Shown: positions 14,488 through 28,315, counted from the first letter of the stretch. The stretch is 64,000 nt of DNA from Octopus sinensis (GCF_006345805.1 NC_043007.1:14074001-14138000); one strand, 5' to 3'. A program made the numbers and translations. Notes: generated by a model not told the origin, from the sequence alone.

Positions 14488-14944
14488 CCAGGAACCGATG
14501 CCAACATTTTACATTTGTAGGTTCAACACTCTACCCACACGCTTACATTAATATATGCATATATACATGTGGAGGGGTATATATTTGTGTGTGCATGCGT
14601 GTTTCGTAAGTATGCGTGTTTGTGTGTGTGTGTGTGTGTGGTGTGTGTGTGTGTGTGTGTATGTGTGTGTGTGTGTGGTGTGTGTGTGTAGTGATATCCG
14701 TTTGGCATCTAATATTGAGAATGCATGTTTGATATGCTTGCTTGTGAATCTTTTAAATCTTCGCGTTTCGTTATGCTGAGCTGTCCTTCGTCCTTGTAAG
14801 GTTGAAAATGGTACAGGGGTCATGATTTATGGTGATTACGCATATTGATATCGCGCGAATGACTTCATGGATAATCTTATTTAGCTAGGATGATATTTAA
14901 TCCATGCTTTTAGTTTTAGGAGGTCCTGTGGCACATATATATAT

Positions 14945-15261
14945 ATATATCACCGTGATCACCGTGACCAACCAAGCCATCAGATGTTGCTACACATCGC
15001 TGGTCACAATGCGCTTCGCATTGTTTTAGCCTTGAAATGATGCCACCCCGCTGGCTAAGCGAGCAGGTCAACAGAAGAAAGAGTGGGAGAAAGCTGTGGC
15101 GAAAAAGTACAGCAGAGATCGCCACCATCCCCTGCCGAAGCGTCGTGGAGCTTTAGGTGTTTTCGCTCAATAAATACTCACAATTCCTGGTCCGGGAATC
15201 GAAACCGCGATCCTACAACCGCGAGTCCGCTACCCTAACCACTGGGCCATTGCGCCTTCAC
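14945..15261 (-). mobile_element. SINE head A with tail 3 (ends GGTCACGGTGATCACGGTGA then (TA)n)
   Basis: Same approximately 190-nt head as 1365; unrelated 3' tail. Confidence 0.88.
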
Positions 15262-15436
15262 ATATATATGTGTGTGTGTGTGTGTGTGTGTTAATTATAT
15301 ATGTATGTATGTATATGTAATATATGTATTTGTATAATATATATATTTATGTATATATGTATGTGTATATATATGTATTATATGTATTTGTATATATAAT
15401 ATGTTAGTATATATGTATGTGTATATATATATATTA

Positions 15437-15468
<32 letters not shown>

Positions 15469-15783
15469 TATAATATAAATTGTTAACCTCTATGGTTTTA
15501 TTACACGCTGGCCACTTGCTAAATTATTAAAGGATTTTATCTTTAATTTGTATAAATATGTATACAAACATATATATGGTATCTATATATACATGCATAC
15601 ATATAATATATATATATTATATATATATATTATATATAATTAAAGTTTACGAAAATAAACAAAAACTAAATAAGGTGGAAGTACAGCCTCAGGAATAAAA
15701 AGAAAAGTCTTTTAACGTTTCGAGCCGCGCTCATACATATACAATATACAAAAACATCATTTACGTACACTACATACATACAT

Positions 15784-15815
<32 letters not shown>

Positions 15816-15887
15816 CATACATACCTACTACATACACAATCTACATACATACATATACATACATACATACATACACACATACATACA

Positions 15888-15921
<34 letters not shown>

Positions 15922-17111
15922 ACATACATACATACAAATACTATCGTGTGTAGATTCCTTCTCGAAGAACATATAGAACTACACATTTATAAAAAGCAAA
16001 CATTTGGTAACGTCCGAAGTACATTATTCCAGAAATAAAGTTGGTGTAGTCTTAGCTGGAACGTCCTTTGATCATAGATTTGTTTTTTACTGGCAAAAAC
16101 TGACGCAGGGATAAACAGCAACACCAAGAACAGCAACATCAACCAGAACAACAACAACTATCAGGGTAATTATCTTAAGTCTGGTTCAATATTTTAAAGA
16201 GTATTATTCAAGCTAACTGTAAGATTATTATTATCATTATTATTGACAAGCACGTCCTTGAGCAGATCACCGTGAAATATAAAACTAATGCTGATATGAT
16301 GTTAAGTTAAGTAAACACTTGGATACTTCCCAAAGTTTAAATATTGCTTAGAAAATGTCTGCCGTAGTACATTTTCTATAGCAAAAGCCCCTTAACTGCC
16401 ATTTTTTTTTGTTTCGAAATCAGGGCGTTACGACCTAGACCTCATCTTGTCATCAACAATATGGCTGAGAGGAAACACCTCAAGGGGTGGCGTTCTGTCA
16501 TCGCCTGTGTTGACCTTAACGCCATTATCAACACGCGATGCTATCTCTAAACTTGCTGTTTCTTTATTCTTGCGTATCTAATTCACATGCAAAGCGAGCA
16601 AATAACCCAAGTTTGCCTACGAGATAGCTATCTTCTCAGTTTCGTATTTGTTACACATGGAATTAATAGTAATACTTCATAGTTAATGCGTAATTATATT
16701 GCATACATGTGTGTGTGTGTGTGTGTGTGAATTTAAGAAATTTGAAATGTCTTCCTCTAGTGTATATTTCTGCAATTTTGACATTCATATTCCATGGAAG
16801 CAAGAAAAATGAAACGTATTAAATTACATGAGAGTCAATGCCAACAAAGATAGCACTTTGCTGCTGCACCCCCAGACGAATTAATGACGATTTCATTCGT
16901 TGCACTGCTGCTGCAGATATGTGCAGAGCGTGGAGTTGCTCTGACATTAAGTGATCGCAGTTAATTATATATACTTATAATACGTAGTTCGTGAAATTGC
17001 GCAGATACAGAGAGCACTTCTGCGATCAAATCTTTGGTGTGTAAGTCGGCTTTAAAAGGCTTAAAATAGAATACATGATCAACAAATGGACCACTGCAAT
17101 TTCGATTCTCA

Positions 17112-17498
17112 TCTCTATTTATATAAAGCTGAAGTTGTCTGTGTATGGCAGGTTTGGTAGCCTTCAACTAACACTATCTCCTCCGAGACCTTGCGGCGCA
17201 AGTGACCAAAATTGAGAGTATGACAGAAGAAGGCTTGTTCCTCCTTCCGTAGAAGAAAAAATTCAAATCGGACCATGTTAACACCAAAAATAATTTACAT
17301 CAAAAAGGTGCTTTTTTTTCTATGAAAATCCCTATTTTTTACGATTTTTTTTTTACTGCTGTGTCGCCATTTTTCGGTGTATATCAACCAGAAAAATGTT
17401 CACTTAAAGAGAATAACAAGCTACATAATGCAAAATCTTTACTTTTCCAATTCTATAGGGTCGAAACAAACCCGAGCAACGCCGGGCGATACTGTTAG
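17112..17498 (+). mobile_element. Non-autonomous Helitron, family 1
   Basis: A|TC 5' end; 3' hairpin CCCGAGCAACGCCGGG then TTAG|T. Second copy at 43729-44126 ends in canonical CTAG|T. Confidence 0.85.
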
Positions 17499-17720
17499 TT
17501 ATACACACAAATAAAATAATATGCGTGTATGAGAACATTTTCATACACCTGTATAAAAACACAAAAGCTTATATAAAAATACCATTATTATTATTTACAG
17601 CATGGCCACAGTCATATGACTGAAACAAGTGAAAGAGTGAAAGAGTAAAAGTAAATGAGTGGAAACGAATCGGTGAGTGTGTTAAATAAAGAGGCACTAA
17701 AAACATTACTCTCCCCAGAC

Positions 17721-17752
<32 letters not shown>

Positions 17753-17990
17753 CTTTCGGTGCGAATGTTTTTTTTATACGGCGCCGTTTTTACAATCCTG
17801 TAACTAATAATAATGGTATTTTTATATAAGCTTAAAACTTATGGCTATTACTGTACAATGACTAAGGAAAATAGTCTAATAAAGGAGCATATAAGCCCTC
17901 GACAGAAAAAAGAAGGCTTTCCTATCCATATGTGTATATATATGGCTTTCCTATCCATATGTGTTATAAATATATATATTCTTCCCTACC

Positions 17991-18034
<44 letters not shown>

Positions 18035-18626
18035 ATATATATATATATATAATATATATATATATAATATATATATATATGCATATGTTAAATACAGTAA
18101 GGTATATATGTACGTACGTAATACATACATACACAAACACATACATGCGTACATACAAACATAATACTTACATGTTAATATGGCTACCAATAACATTTAT
18201 ACTTACTTCCTTAAATAGTAAAATGAAGGCGAACAGAAGTAGCGCAGGGTGTCAAATACAGACAGCGACCGCAAGACATGATGACCAGCCACCCTACCTA
18301 CATCGTATGTACGCAGGATGCAAAATGAAACTGGCGTCGTTTTACAAGCTGCGGTCTGCCACACAAAAACAGAAAGAAGCAATAAAAATAGTATTTGTTT
18401 TTCTATTTTTGTTCCTGTTTATTTTCTCAAGGAAATATAAGAAAAACACGGCTACAACTTATATTCTTTCATTCGTGTTTTCGTAATAACAAAAAATACT
18501 TAGAACGTTTGAGATAGGTATCACTGTTTGAGCTAAATTAATGCTTCATTACCCGGTTTTGGATTTTGTTTTGTTTTCGTAACAAAGGCAAATAGAAAAC
18601 CGCTTAGACACGCATACTTTGTATGG

Positions 18627-18665
<39 letters not shown>

Positions 18666-18975
18666 GTGTGTGTACGTGTGTGTGCGTACGTGTGTGTGTA
18701 TCTGTGTGTATGTGCGTGCACACTTGATTGCTTCGGGAGATGACGGAGAAATTAAGAAAGAGTAAAAATATGAGCGAGAAGAGTAACTGCCCCATATATA
18801 TAGCGTACACATATACATAGATATAATATATATAGTTAATCCAAACAAGAAAACAGAAAAAAAGGGGAAAAAAAGAAGAAAAAAACACAGCAACGCAGGA
18901 CGTGACATTAAAGTATTAAGTATTATTGACGCTCAGGAAAGAAGGGAAGGAGGGTTTAACGTTTCGTCATTGTAC

Positions 18976-19022
<47 letters not shown>

Positions 19023-19088
19023 GACCACAACACACACACCACACACACATATGAATATAATATATATATATAACCATACATACATACA

Positions 19089-19119
<31 letters not shown>

Positions 19120-19522
19120 CTGTGTGTGTTTGTGTGTGTGTGTGTGTGTGTGAATGAAGGCTACTATTGGTTTCATGTTAAGAAAAGTAGGAAAATATCC
19201 TAGTGTCTTAACAATTTGTCAAGCCGATCACATGGAGAAAGGTATTCACCTCTATCTTGGAAAACACAACCTGTGTTTTCCAAAATGGAGGCGAACACCT
19301 TTCTCTATATGATAGGCTTGAAAAATTGCTAAGACACTAGTAGCCTTAATTCACAAATAAAGAAACTATATCCACCAGTGCGGTTTTGAGCCTTTTTTGA
19401 ATAGTTCGTCATTTACGTATATAGTTCGTTAATTACGTTGTCCACGTTGTGTTCCCCCTCTTTTATATATATATATAATATATATATATTATATATATAA
19501 TATATATATATATAATATATAT

Positions 19523-19566
<44 letters not shown>

Positions 19567-20515
19567 TATATATATGTATGTATATATATATATATATTAT
19601 ATACATATATGGCTCGTCGCCTTAAATGAATATATTAATTATTTATTGAATGAACTAATAAGATTGGCAGAATAAGAATAGAGCACCGGAAGAAATGTCT
19701 TGCAGAATTTCTTCTCGTTCTTTACGTCCTGAGTTCAAATCCAGCCGAGGTCAACTATAGCTATTCCGTGTTATAATTAAGAAGGAAGTTTTTTTTGCCA
19801 AAATTAGAAATCTTTATGATTTATTCCAGCAGACAATTTGCGTTGGTGAAAAGAGAATTTTTGTGGGGGAGGCTGAGAAATTTATGCTAGGGATGATAGG
19901 ATGCAGATTAAACCAAAATAGAGTTGCTATTAAATTTCTCACTTAGTTGGAGTTCCTTGTTTATATATTCCTTTATTCGTGACCGAAATTAGCCAAGGAA
20001 TTAGGCTTGGTCTTAGAAGTTTGAAACAGGTGTGGCAGGAGAAAAAATGGATAACACACACATTCCTAATTAGACACAATTAATACATAGGTTTATACAT
20101 ATCAAGAATATATAAGCCCCTCAGGCAGTACACGAACTTATATATAAATACATGCGTACACTAGCATGTGTCCAGCTGTATCTACAAGTTCATCAAATGA
20201 TGTATATAGACACAACACTCACACATATTCACATATATATATACGTATGTGTGTATGCGTACGTGTATGTATGTGTGTAAAGAGAGAGAGAGAGAGATAT
20301 ACATGTACACTTATACAGATACATTCCAACATATATATTTATATACATGTACGGCTAAATAAATACCATATAACTCTATAAATATACATTTATACGAGTG
20401 TGTATATCTAGGATAAGTTGACATATCCAGAAGTGTATCTATACCTATGCATGTATATGTGTAAGTGTGTGTGTGTGTGTCTTTACATACGCACGCACAC
20501 AGACGTAGATCTATC

Positions 20516-20564
<49 letters not shown>

Positions 20565-21099
20565 CAGCTTTGTCTATATTTGCATTTGTAATATATATCT
20601 AATTGTATTAGCAGCTGGACTTATAAATCTGTAGTTATGATTATACATATATACAAAGAGAGAGAGAGCGAGAGAGAGAAGGAGAGGGAGAGAGAGGTTG
20701 GAACTGTATTATAATTATAGTGTATGTTTGGGTGTGTAAATCTATGGGTGAATTTGTGTCTTTGTGTCTAGGAAACTATATGTATTAACCACTGTTCTTA
20801 TAAACCTTTGTACCATAAGCACAAGACCTGAAATTTCGAGGCAGGGTGCTAGTCGATTACATCAAGCCCAGTACACAACTGGTACTTTTTTTTTATCAAC
20901 CTTCGAAAGGATGAAAGGCAAAGTCAAGCCCGAAGGGATCTGAACCCAGAACCTAAAGACTGATGTAATGCCGCTAAGCATTTCGTCCAGCGTGCTAACG
21001 GTTCCACCAGCTCGTCGCCGTAACTGCTACACCTATTTAAATTCTCGTAAGTTTTTGCAGAAGTCCAATGCCGATAATATAAGATGTTATTATATATTT

Positions 21100-21510
21100 C
21101 TTTACTACCCACAAGGGGCTAAACATAAATGGGACAAACAAGGACAGACAAACAGATTAAGTCGATTACATCGACCCCAGTGCAAAACTGGTACTTTATT
21201 TATCGACCCCGAAAGGATGAAAGGCAAAGTCGACCTAGGCGGAATTTGAACTCAGAACGTAACAACAGACGAAATACCTATTTCTTTACTATCCACGAGG
21301 GGCTAAACACAGAGAGGACAAACAAGGACAGACACACAGATTAAATCGATTATATCGACCCCAGTGCGTAACTGGGGCTTATTTAATAGACCCCGAAAGG
21401 ATGAAAGGCAAAGTCGACCTCGGTGGAATTTGAACTCAGAACGTAGCGGCAGCCGAAATAATGCTAAGCATTTCGCTCGGCGTGCTAACGGTTCCACCAG
21501 CTTGTCGCCG
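21100..21510 (-). mobile_element. SINE family C dimer (head plus two tandem units)
   Basis: Unit junction AAAGAAATAG|GTATTTCG on the minus strand near 21270-21290. Confidence 0.85.
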
Positions 21511-22258
21511 TAACTCCTCTTATACTACACCTATTTCAATTCTCGTAAGTTTTTGCAGAAGTCCAATGCCGATAATATAGGACGTTATTATAGAGTACAT
21601 TTCCTAATTACCTCTGTACTATTATCTCTTCTCTTTAAATTACATGTCAAGAACCTTCTTAGTACCCCGTGGAATGCTTATTTAATGAGAGAAAAAAAAC
21701 GAAACAACGAATCTTTCGTTTTACAAATATCTGTGTATTACATTACTCTTTTTTATCGTAAGTCTTAAGCCACATTTCTTTCTCTCATATGGGTTTTTAG
21801 AGATTTCATCTCTGAGCTGTTTCAAATATAGAATCAGGCGAGGGATTCCGTGGGATTCCCCACCCTTCCTCTCAAGCGAAGTTTAAACGCCCACGTTTTG
21901 AAGTACTAAAACGATAGCATTGAATATATAAAAGATAACAAGCTAAAGTCGTAAATACAGAATACAGCATGTCGTGTCAGTCAGTGATATTGTGTGATAT
22001 GAGATCGGTTGTGGCCTAGAGATGCTTAAAATACACACTCTAAAAATAACGCCGCCGACAATGGTTCTCCCATGTACATGAATATGTTAGGAGGGTGGCG
22101 AGTTGTAGGAAATAGATTCTTGTGGAACATAGTTCCTTAATTTTTTTTTTGCTTTAGTCACAACGGAAAGTAATTGTTGTTCAATGAGCTCACGATGTAT
22201 ATTCAGCATGTATATTCAGAACCTTATCTGCTCAAAAATCTTGAGTGTGTGTGAGTGT

Positions 22259-22295
<37 letters not shown>

Positions 22296-22326
22296 TGCGC
22301 GCGTTTGTGTGTGTAGGTGTGCGTTT

Positions 22327-22328
<2 letters not shown>

Positions 22329-22384
<56 letters not shown>

Positions 22385-22433
22385 GGATGGATGGATGGAT
22401 GGACGGACGGACGGACGGACGGACGGACGGACG

Positions 22434-22473
<40 letters not shown>

Positions 22474-22525
22474 GGTGGATGGATGGATGGATGGATGGAT
22501 GGATGGATGGATGGATGGATGGATG

Positions 22526-22600
<75 letters not shown>
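22329..22600. repeat. Compound tetranucleotide microsatellite (ATAG/ATGG/ACGG/ACAG)
   Basis: Blocks read directly from the sequence. Confidence 0.95.
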
Positions 22601-23204
22601 TGTAACGAAAACTTCATTAATACCATATTTATCCTACGCCATAGAGAGTGCTGCATACATAACCACCCCATAGGATTACTCTGGAAGATAGGAATAATAA
22701 CCGGAGTCCAGCAACAGGAGGAATTTTCTGTATACAAGTTAAAAGGATAAATAGATAGACAGAGACAGAGAGACGGAGAGACAGGGAGAGAGAGTAATAA
22801 TGATATAACGAATACCATACAATATAAATTATTGGTGTATTAAAAGTATTTCCGCCTTAATTAGATTAATGGCAATTAAGATCAGCTCCACTTGAGAAAG
22901 GGGAGCTAATATCAAGATTGAATAATTCTCCAAAGCAGACATGACATTAAGGAAAAGGACAGGCTTATTTTCTAAAGATAAGGTACACATCCGATCTTAT
23001 CTTTGTAGCTAAGGGACTAACACAACACGTTTATGACATAGGACATAACAACAGAACATTCGCTGACTGAGTGAGTCAATAGAGTCAACTATAATGTGAA
23101 GATCAAACCTAAAGAATGCAAAACTTTGCTGCCTTTCTCTTATTTCTCTCTTGTAATTTTACCATGAAGAAAGACTCTTTCCGAAACGTCGGATATTCTA
23201 CTCA

Positions 23205-24261
23205 TACTAATTAAATCTGCCACGAAGGGAAACCATTGGGCCGGCGGATTTCCAAGTTATAGCCCACCCCCAACCCCCACCGCCACAAATCATCACAAAT
23301 CCTCCTCCATGTTTAGCAGTTGGAAGAAGGCAGTCTGGGTCAAATGCTTCTTTTGGCTGTCACACGTATACTCGGCCGGTGGCCGGAAATAAGGTAAAGG
23401 ATAACTCATCCGAGAAAATAACATTCTTCCACTACTCTAGGGATCAATTCTGTAGATTTTTACTCTACTCTAAACGCTTTGCAACGTTCGTTTTTGAAAG
23501 TAGTGGTTTTCTGATTGCAGCCCTCCCGTGAAATCCGGCTTTGGGAGCTGTACTTTGGTGATCTTTTCTAACAATTCGCGTAAGAGTCTGACGGTCCCTA
23601 TCTGAAAACTTTGGTTTTCTTGAGGAGTTATGTTTCGACCAGGTTCTTTTCCTCTTTCTTAAAGGCTGTCATTACTTTCGATACAGTACTTTGTTCCTTC
23701 TCGAGCCATGCCTGGCTCATAAGGGCCGGTTTCCTTGGCGTATAGGTTCCCCACCTGCACGGGACGTCGGTCCGTCGCAGGTGAGCTGCAAGATGCAGGA
23801 GGAAAGAGTGGAGAAAGTTGTGGTGAAAGAGTCAGCAGACGTTCGCCATTACCTTCTGCCGGAGCCGCATGGAGCTTAGGTGTTTCGCTCATAAACACAC
23901 ACATCGCCCGGTCTGATATTCGAACCCGCTGCTCTAACAACTAGGCCATGTGCCTCCACGATACAGTACTTCTTGATACACCAAACATTTCGGCTGTTTT
24001 CGTTACGCTAGCGCCTGCCATACGAGCACCAACAATTTGACCGGTTTGAAAGTCCGCTAGATCTGTCATTTTAATGAATTTTAATTACCTTTTTCTGGTG
24101 ATATCTGAAAAGAAACTGCAATTTTAGCAAACCATATTAAGCAAAACTAATAATAAATCAAAACACTTAAAAATAATCAAGATTTTGGATGGTTTTATAG
24201 ATATTTCAAAATTATGATGGTATGATGCTAGGTGCTTCCATTATTTTGTCCAACCCCAGTG
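23205..24261 (-). mobile_element. Tc1-like transposon remnant (one TIR plus degraded transposase)
   Basis: TA|CACTGGGGTTGGACAAAATAATGGAAGCACC terminus at 24261. From ATG at 24069: MTDLADFQTGQIVGARMAGASVTKTAEMFGVSRSTVSKV...GFHGRAAIRKPLLSK...NVIFSDE...LLPTAKHGGG, with frameshifts and stops. Confidence 0.9.
23692..23958 (-). mobile_element. SINE head A variant with V-like tail 4, inserted in the Tc1 ORF
   Basis: 13-bp TSD CGATACAGTACTT at 23679-23691 and 23959-23971; removing it restores GVSRSTVSKV. Confidence 0.9.
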
Positions 24262-24265
24262 TATG

Positions 24266-24307
<42 letters not shown>

Positions 24308-24331
24308 TGTATGTATGTGTGTATGTATATG

Positions 24332-24409
<78 letters not shown>

Positions 24410-25781
24410 TGTGGTGTGTGGTAGTGTGTGTGTGTGTATGTGTGGTCTTTTGCCTATATTAGAAATTATTTAAAGTGATAAATTGTTAGAATCTTTCGAA
24501 TGTGAGAAAAATCCATGCAGCATTTCTTCTGGCTTTCTCTATTTTCTTTGCTCCAATCCTATGGAAGAGAACTTTGCATTTCATTCTTTTGAAGTTAATA
24601 AAACAAAGAACCAGTCAAATTCTGATCTCGATGTAATCGACTGACCTATCCCACTTAGAAGTGTTGGCTTTGTAATTAAATTAGAAACATTATTATTTTG
24701 CCTTTCATCTCTCTGGGGTCGATATAATAGGTTATAAGTCCAGGACTATGGTTGATCGTATCGACTGACCTCTTCCCCTTAAAATTTGTTGGCCATATGT
24801 CTAAACTGGAAATCATTATCAAAAGACGGTGGATTGACAGAGCTGTTACAACGTTATGTCAAAATGTTTTTCGGTATTTTGTTACAGCACTTCAAGTTCT
24901 GAGTTCAAGTACCGTCTAAGCCAAATTTGTCTTTCATTGTTCCAGTGTTGATAAATCAAAGAACGAGTCAATTACAAGGGTTAAGTGTTCGCTTACCCTA
25001 AGTTTAAGACCTTTGTGTATGTACGAAATTATTCAGACGGAAGATTGTAAATTGTGGTAGTAGAAGACAGAGATCGTAACATTCCGGGCTGTAATCTCTT
25101 TGCAGAATTTTGTTTGCTTACATACATAGTTCAAATCCTGACAAGGTGAGTCAGATAAGTATCAACCAATTACTAGAGATATATATTTATTCGACTATAC
25201 ACTTCCTGTAAAAAAAAGAAAACCAGTTGGCTTGTGCCAATACCAGAAATGTTATTACTTTCGATAACGAAATTTTTGTCAAAGATTCTGCTTATAGTTA
25301 TAAACAACGATACATCAATCTTCTTTAGACATCAGAATTCCTGATGCCGAGTGAGATATGATGAAATTTCTAGAGAATTCTAAGCGGTCTCAGTTTCTTC
25401 AAAGAATTATGTTCTGCTAAGCATTCTATTCTAACCTTGTTCGGAAATAGGCTTTCCAACAAGTATCATTTTCTAAGTTTTCATATCTCTAACCAATATT
25501 TCGTATCGCGAACCAGTATTCCTTTTCACACAACTTTTTTGGGTTGGCGAAGCAAAATATCATTTTGGTACTGTATTCATTACGTTTTGTGGATTATCGT
25601 TAACATCTTCTATTAAACATTTCTATAATAAAAATAAACAGTTAAGCGCTTCCTTTTGAGAGTTTGGTGGCATAAATTACTTGTTGCAGAACAACATTGC
25701 GTAACAACACCTGCCTCTCAGTTAACCTTGCACCCATTAAGCCTATGAAAGAGTGATAAGTGGTTCAGCAGTTGAGATATG

Positions 25782-26225
25782 GGATCTTTACGGTTTGAAC
25801 GGCAGTTTTTTTCTAGCGGTGTCATATGAAATTGACACCCATAATTATGACCCTAGTATCGATCTATTGCATTTCAATCTCTTTTAGGGTTATGGTTAGT
25901 TAGGGTTAGTTAGGGTTAGGGTTAGGGGTGGAGGGAAGGGTATCTTTTTTTCTTCACAAATGTAAATAAACCCAATCTGTTTCTTAAACGAGGGACATAT
26001 TCATACAGCACAGAATGTTGTTTAACTCAATAGACGTCAGTGATTGGTTGAAATTGCAGAAATTGAAGAAAAAATACGACAAATATCTTACAAACTATAG
26101 AATTTTCTCAATAAAGCCAAGAGAAAAAGATGTTTTAAATCCACATTCTACCAGTATACGAAGTTTAAAATTTTTTAGTGACCTAGAAATTATGTTAAAA
26201 ACTGCCGTTCAAACCGAAAAGATCC
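25782..26225. mobile_element. MITE with 29-bp TIRs, 8-bp TSD and internal TTAGGG repeats (Merlin-like)
   Basis: TIR GGATCTTTACGGTTTGAACGGCAGTTTTT and its reverse complement (1 mismatch). TSD GAGATATG at 25774-25781 and 26226-26233. Confidence 0.85.
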
Positions 26226-26382
26226 GAGATATGTATCATACCTCAATCGGGATGAGGAGCACACTTTCATATGCTGTGGGTTCTTTTTGATTTAACATTT
26301 TAGGAGGTCTGAGGAAGGGACAGTACTCATGATTTCCACAGATCTGATTCTTACATTTGTGAGGTCAGTGTGATTGATACTC

Positions 26383-26780
26383 TTACTCTTTTACTCTTTT
26401 ACTTGTTTCAGTCATTCGACTGCGGCCATGCTGGAGCATCGCCTTTAGTCGAGCAAATCGACCCCGGGACTTATTCTTTGTAAGCCCAGTACTTATTCTA
26501 TCGTCTCTTTTGCCGAACCGCTAAGTGACGGGGACGTAAACACACCAGCATCGGTTGTCAAGCAATGCTAGGGGGACAAACACAGACATACAAACACACA
26601 TATATATATATATATACATATATACGACAGGCTTCTTTCAGTTTCCGTCTACCAAATCCACTCACAAGGCATTGGTCGGCCCGGGGCTATAGCAGAAGAC
26701 ACTTGCCCAAGATGCCACGCAGTGGGACTGAACCCGGAACCATGTGGTAGGTTAGCAAGCTACTTACCACACAGCCACTC
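26383..26780 (-). mobile_element. SINE family B, full length
   Basis: Same head and tail as 5168 and 11639. Confidence 0.9.
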
Positions 26781-26974
26781 GTTCCATTTTCAACAATTTT
26801 CAAATGATGTTAATACATTAAAAAGCTCTCTGGAAAAAATGTGTAGTGAGAGCAAAATGGATGGAAAAGTAAAGGTTAAAATAAGTTAATGCTAAAAAAT
26901 TAAAAAAGCAAACTAGAAATGTGAGGAGGGAAAAAACAATGTTAGTTAATAATTAATATCGTGGAATTTCGTTA

Positions 26975-27560
26975 AGGCGGCGAGCTGGCAGAAACGTTAG
27001 CGAAATGCTTAGCGGCATTTCGTCCGTCTTTACGTTCTGAGTTCAAATGCCACCGGGGTTGTCTTTGCTTTTCATCCCTTTTAATGTTGATAAAATAAGT
27101 ACCTATTTCTTTACTACCCACAAGGGGCTAAATACAGAGAGGACAAACAGGGACAGACAAACGGATTAAGTCGATTACATCGACCCCAGTGCGTAACTGG
27201 TACTTAATTTATCGACCACGAAAGGATGAAAGGCAAAGTCGACCTCGGCGGAATTTGAACTCAGAACGTAACGGCAGACGAAATACAGCTGCGCATTTCG
27301 CCCGGCGTGCTAACGTTTCTGCCAGCTCACCACCTTATTGATAAAATAAGTACCAGTTGAGCACTTGGGTCGGTGTAATCGACCGAAATTGCTGGCCTTG
27401 TGCCAACATTTGAAACCAAAATTATTTTCACTTTGTTGATAGAATTATTAGAGCGTTGGACACAATATCTAGCGGAATTTAATACGACCCTTAACGTTCT
27501 GAGTTCAAACTCCGCCAAGATCAGCTTTTCTTTGAATTCTTTTAGGGTCGATAAAGAACG
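26975..27560. mobile_element. Cluster of family C SINE copies and fragments in both orientations
   Basis: Plus copy at 26975-27095, minus copy at 27103-27330, degraded pieces to 27560. Confidence 0.8.
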
Positions 27561-28116
27561 TATAAATCAAGAAATAAGGTCGATTTAATCCACCAAAACT
27601 TCACTCAAATACTGTAGCATTGTGTCGTGTTAGGGATGGACATTATATTTTGCTTTGTGTTTTTGCTTTTAATTTTCTGTACAAGTAAGGGAGACAACCT
27701 TGGGTTTGTTTTACTTAACCTCATCAGTAATTGCTTAATTCTCATAAAAAAACGCTGAGAGCACTACAATATACTTTCCTTCTAAGTACGTCTAATCCTT
27801 GAAGGAAAGATCATAAAGATTCACTATGGAATTTCTCGTGAAAGGATCCTCCTCCTATAGAAGGGAAGGGGTCACTCAAGTGAAACAAAGGCCAGACAGT
27901 ATGGAGATATTATCTGTTGTATGAAAGTACACAATAAATCAAAATTGTTATGCTTTGGGTGTAACTTTTATTTACAGCTTAATACATTCTTGCCGGTAAC
28001 AAGTTTAGAATAGATAAGCTCATTCTTAGATGAAAATCGTTGAGGAAGTTATAGTGTTATATTCACACACAAACACACACACAAATATATAAATACGCAC
28101 ACACGCACTCACACAG

Positions 28117-28176
<60 letters not shown>

Positions 28177-28247
28177 AACATATACATGCGTACGCACAAA
28201 ATAATTTAAAGGTAAAAATGTGTATAGACACACACACATAGATAGAC

Positions 28248-28315
<68 letters not shown>

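Noticed and set aside
18329-18347. ACTGGCGTCGTTTTACAA resembles the M13/lacZ primer site
   Set aside because: It has a one-base deletion relative to the vector and the flanks do not continue into lacZ, so a chance match is more likely than contamination.
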